Of a stretch of 64,000 bases of DNA, positions 59,401 through 64,000 are shown one piece after another. Both the position numbers and the translations under genes were made by a program. The DNA is from Eukaryota sp. GEM-RC1. Lineage: Eukaryota. The notes below the pieces were generated by a model. That model was not told where the DNA came from and ran no database searches. It was given only the letters and a program-made list of their open reading frames with translations. The stretch's first letter is position 1. Every line of letters starts with the position of its first letter. Where the stretch lies: positions 3,782,001 to 3,846,000 of the forward strand of contig JAUFOQ010000001.1 in NCBI GenBank assembly GCA_040285855.1. The letters run 5' to 3'.

Positions 59401-61738
59401 CATGATAATTTCCTGACAAGATAACCAAGGAACCACGACTTCTATCAACTTTTGGCTGATCAGAAAGATTAGCAAGTAAAGGTTCAATTTTTCCATGAAA
59501 ACCATTAGCCTTAAACATATCCAAACATGTATCCCGGATACTGTTGTGAGTAATTGACCGAAAATGAATAAATTGATGACAGTTAACTAAATGATGAAAA
59601 TTTGAAGCCCTTGAACGACCACAAAGACATGGAGCATGCTTCAAAAGACCTGAAGGCCATAAATCTAACCTAAGTCTCATGTTTATAAGCCATTCATGAT
59701 CCTTAAGATTAAAACAAAATTTTCTTGGCAAACGAGACACAAATGAAGACGCAGAGCTTGAAGAAATGTCATTCAAAAAGGCACAAAAAGCGGGACTCTT
59801 AGTCTTAGCCAAGCTAATACAGTTTTTAAAGTCCAAGCTTTCATGAAACAAAACAAACTTCTTCTGTAACTTGCGAACACGCAAAGGCAAAGAGAAAATG
59901 CTTCTCTGCTGAATTTCTGTTACCCCAACAGGAAATAAATCTGACCACAAATTGGAGTCAAGATTATCAATTAAATTTTGAAGACTAATTGACCATGTAC
60001 AAGGTGAGTGAAGTAAAGAATCTTTCGTTTTCCATAACACAGGATAACGGTTCTGAAAGTCAAACAAAAAATTGCAATTGGTCGAACACCATTACACGGT
60101 TTAGATAAAGCTACTAAACGACTATATTTCAACGCAAGAGGAAATTTGTGTGGTTGTGAACAAATCAAATTGAAAAAGTATATCGAATTCAATAATTTCA
60201 ATTTAGCACAATATTTTTCTATTATATATTTTTCACCAATCAGCAAGGGGTTTTTAGCATCAGATTTAGCAAGTTTCTTGTTGGAATCATTACAAACATC
60301 AATAGACATAACATCAGCAATAATGAAAGATTTATCAAGACTAGGAAATATGACAAAACCACGGCTATTTCCAAACGATTTGTCAACATCTGTATCAGCA
60401 AACAAACCAGCCAGAACTGGTTCTAAAAAGGAAACTATTTCATAAGATTTACACATACAATATCATTGATCCCTTACAGAATCATGAACCTTACTTCTAA
60501 AAGAAATAAAACGGTTACAATTCAATAAATGTGTAGGTGTTACAGATTGCCCACATTGGCATTTCAAATTATGTGGAAGGTTATGAAGCCGTAAACGCAT
60601 GTTTAATGACCAAGAGTTATCATCAAGAAGAAGATTGTAAACTTGAGGGATTTGAGTAATCAGACATGAAGCAGAGCTATTAGAAACATCCGTTAAGAAA
60701 TTTGCAAAAGTGGGATTTTTTTCTTGGACGTGCCAAGTATTTTTTGCACCAATTTATTTTTATTGACAACAACACTACAGTGTACATACATCCAATAATC
60801 AATATCCTCAAAGTCCAGATTGCCTATCTGGAAATTCTCACCAACGTTATCCTCATAATGTCTGCCAAGAGATAACAAAGCGCTAGATACGAAAGTCACC
60901 ATACCTTTAAAGATAACCAACACGATTCGATTTGTCCAAAATCAAAGATCAAAAGTCCTAGATGATTTTTTTACAATCTTTACAAAGATTTTAAGTAATG
61001 AGTTCACCTAAAGAAACGTACATTGAAAATACATAAGGGTACAACAAGTAATTCGAGTGTGAAACCGAATTCAATAAAAAAAACGGGGTTTATGATCAGT
61101 CAGTGAAATAAATGCATTTGCAGAAGTTAATAACTAACAGACACTAACTAAAATATCTAAACTATGATCCTTCTGTCAATCATCGAACAACTTACCTAAA
61201 ATTGAATTAAAATAGCTGTGCATTGAACGAAACAACGCAAACGTTAACCAACTCAACCAAAAATTTTCATGGAAAACTTTACTGTACTCAGAACACAATT
61301 TACCAAAGGAGGTTAAAAAACCTTGTGCAGCTGGTCCAATATTACCGTATATCGACATCGCAAAAGGTTGAAACACAAAAGAATTGTACCTGTCAACATT
61401 CAATTGGTTAATTAAGTGACAGTACTTTGTATTTTTTTCTTTTTCAGCCACTTCAAGAGCAGAAAAATCATCATCAAAATTTTTCGAAATTGATCTTGAA
61501 TTACAAGGATCAACAGTCGTGAAATCCATGATAATTTCCTGACAAGATAACCAAGGAACCACGACTTCTATCAACTTTTGGCTGATCAGGAAGATTAGCA
61601 AGTAAAGGTTCAATTTTTCCATGAAAACCATTAGCCTTAAACATATCCAAACATGTATCTCGGATACTGTTGTGAAGAATTGATCTAAAATGAATAATTG
61701 ATGACAGTTAACTAAATGATGAAAATGTGAAGCCTTTG
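50450..61738 (-). repeat. Tandem array of 5.3 ~2125-bp units built from nested CRE-like fragments (family C with a family B insertion)
   Basis: The landmark CGGGGTTTATGATC recurs at 50456, 52581, 54704, 56832, 58958 and 61084 (spacings 2123-2128). Confidence 0.97.
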
Positions 61739-64000
61739 TGTTAGCCACAGGTGTTAGTGAAGTGTTACTAGTACGTATAATTTGATTTATAAACACCCTT
61801 TTCCTTCCCCTTTGCACCTTTAGGTATTAATAATTATTATCCTCATGGTAAAAAAAAGGAATCTTACTACAGCTGCTCCTAAGAAAGGAGTTACTAACCG
61901 CAGACAGCCAAGTAGGTCTGTCAAAAGACCAGAGTATCGAAGAGCTCTGCCACCCCGATCGAAGTGCCTACTGAATCCTCAGTAGATGAAGAGGACTTTG
62001 TGTCCGAACTCTCCTCACCCGAGAGTCTCTCCTCACACGAGAGCCCATCTTCAAACGTTGATGGAAGTTCCTTGGCTTCTTCGGAAGCCGGCGAAACGAC
62101 TGGTATAAGACCCTTGGGCTCTTCGGAGTCTGGCGGCAACCCTGGTCCTTTGGAGTCATCCATTGGACCAGAACAGGAAGATCCTCTTGGAATCAAGAAG
62201 GTTCTGGAGAAATACGGAGTCCCCGTTATCTTTTCAGATACCACTAGTACTCCGGGGAGACAATGTTGTGGGTAATGCTACTTCGTCTGTAGTTCAGCCA
62301 ACATCATTGCCCTCTCATCATGTTTCTGATTCTTCCTTGTTAGTTAGTAGTTTATTAAATAAAGATAACGTTGACCCTTCAGTTCCTCTGTCTAGAGAGG
62401 TTGAAGAGAGCCTTAGGCAACTTCAAACAGTCCTAGCTCAGCATAAGACCAGGGCAGAAGAAGCAAAACGACAGCTTCTGGAGCAACAGCAAAAAACAGC
62501 TAATCTTTCCATGACTGAGAGAGCTCTAGCTGTAGAACAACAAACCGGTTATGTGTCTAGACCTCATAGAGATGCAGTTCCCAACGATCTCATCCCGTTT
62601 GTAAGTCCGTACGATCAGAGTGTCTCCATCTCTGACTACGACTTGTGGCATCTTGCCAAATTTGCTCCCTGGCATCCCACTTTGCGTCATAGAATGCCTG
62701 CTGGAAGACATTACTTGCTGAAAAATGTTCCTCCTGGCACGTCTCCTCAAGCCATAAAACAGTTTTTGGGTGACTTATATGATAGTAGAGCTGGTGATAC
62801 TTATAGGTTTCCTTCCACCTACTCTTGGGATCCTAGACATGGTATCATCATTGAACCTTTAGTCCAGATATTCAGTGCTGATGGTCAGTCAGTTTCATAT
62901 GAATACTCCGCCTGGTACTTACATTCGTTGAACAATAAACGCAAGTTATATCACAACGTTTCTGTAAGTACCGAATGGCTCCTACTGGTCATCAGTATAG
63001 TCATTTACCTGCGGCGACAAGAGTTCTGGATAGTTTGTCAACTTCACCACAAGATGTTGACTCTGTCCCTGTTCAACCTTTTTCTGGAATTGGTGGTTCC
63101 CAATTGGTACTCCCATTAGCTTCTCAAGCTATGTGTGAAAAAGCTACATTTGCTCCGAACCTTTCTGATTTAAATGGCTTAGATAGTGTTCAAAGATTCT
63201 TCCCTGGTGAAGTTTACAGACCTGAGCAGGTTGATAGATTTACACACGGTCTTAGAGATGGTATCTCTACCCAAAATTTTGAAGCTCAATTTGGTGGTGA
63301 AGAAAGATTCATCAGCTTAGAAGAACATGAAAGTGTTTATCGTAAGCCAGAAGGCTTTGCTAAAGGTTGTGATGAATCTATGTCCATGGCTCTCTCCTCA
63401 GAACAGCTTGCTCAAAATAGAAAAAATCATGTTGCTCACATGACCAGAAGTAGAAAAACTCCTAAACGATCAAATTCGATCGAGATAAGTGATCTGACTT
63501 CTCAATCAAAATCACCTTTAGCAGAACTTTCTGATGTCACTGACTCTATGTCTGAAGATAGCTCATCTGAAGACGAAGAACCGAACGTTTTGGCTGATAC
63601 TCCCATCATTTTGTCTGGTGTCCCTCAAAGAAAAGATCGAACAAAGAAAAAGTCCATTTCAAAGAAATCAAGACCCAGCTGCCTCAAATCCGAGAGTCGC
63701 GAGGACATAATTAAGTTCATCCATGAATTTAGTTATTGGGCAATTCATGTCCGGAAACAATCAAATCGTAAAGACTTTGACACTCGTTTAGGTATCGCTC
63801 CAATCAATAAATTTGATCTCGTAAGACTCACTTTGTTAGAGATTGATCCTACTGGTGTTTCCGAATTCATTGATCGTCAATTGCTGAGTGACTGGAAGCT
63901 TCTAAATGTTCCAGGTCCAGATTCAAACATAACTGAAAAAGACCTTTGGTTCAGATTGGTTCTCCTGAGCCAATACACTTCTACTACTCAAGCTATGGGT
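61739..64000 (+). mobile_element. Second Ty3/gypsy-like element (5' LTR and gag), related to element 1, running off the window
   Basis: Starts TGTTAGCCACAGGTGTTA, like LTR1 (TGTAGGCCACAGGTGTTA); interrupts a family B copy; Gag homologous to element 1. Confidence 0.88.
61845..64000 (+). CDS. Gag of element 2 (frameshifts at ~61925, ~62250, ~62980; incomplete)
   Basis: Shares LIPF, LW..AKF.P.HP, HYL..NVPP.TSP..IK..LG, GDT.RFP, WDP, HNV.VST.W and EFS.W...LLEIDPT.V.EFI with element 1. Confidence 0.85.

Noticed and set aside
1..64000. Non-standard genetic code, tRNA or rRNA genes
   Set aside because: TAA, TAG and TGA all end well-supported genes; gene breaks are frame changes rather than in-frame stops; no tRNA or rRNA recognised by eye.

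Overview
Compact, AT-rich eukaryotic DNA with no visible introns, from a flagellated protist (IFT172, CFAP91 and a WDR63-like dynein intermediate chain are present; the lineage cannot be fixed from this window). Host genes occupy ~7.6-48.6 kb: CDT1-like, GINS PSF2, CHD remodeller, SRD5A3-like reductase, AEC/PIN-like transporter, WD40 proteins, BTB-SPRY, RING-kinase-SPRY and Sec10-like. Many are split by single-base frameshifts at homopolymers, most likely consensus errors. The left end holds an intact Ty3/gypsy element with identical 93-bp LTRs and a 4-bp TSD; a related element starts at 61739. At least four families of CRE-like (restriction-like endonuclease) non-LTR retrotransposon are scattered as truncated copies, and a ~2.13-kb nested CRE unit is amplified 5.3 times (50.45-61.74 kb). 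Most interesting: (1) a near-identical SPRY-plus-3'UTR-hairpin cassette on two unrelated effectors, with almost only amino-acid-changing, A-biased differences; (2) strong over-representation of GATGACGT in host genes; (3) a circularly permuted array suggesting integration of an extrachromosomal circle; (4) gypsy elements with a very long Gag, a conserved unknown N-terminal domain and no canonical PBS.
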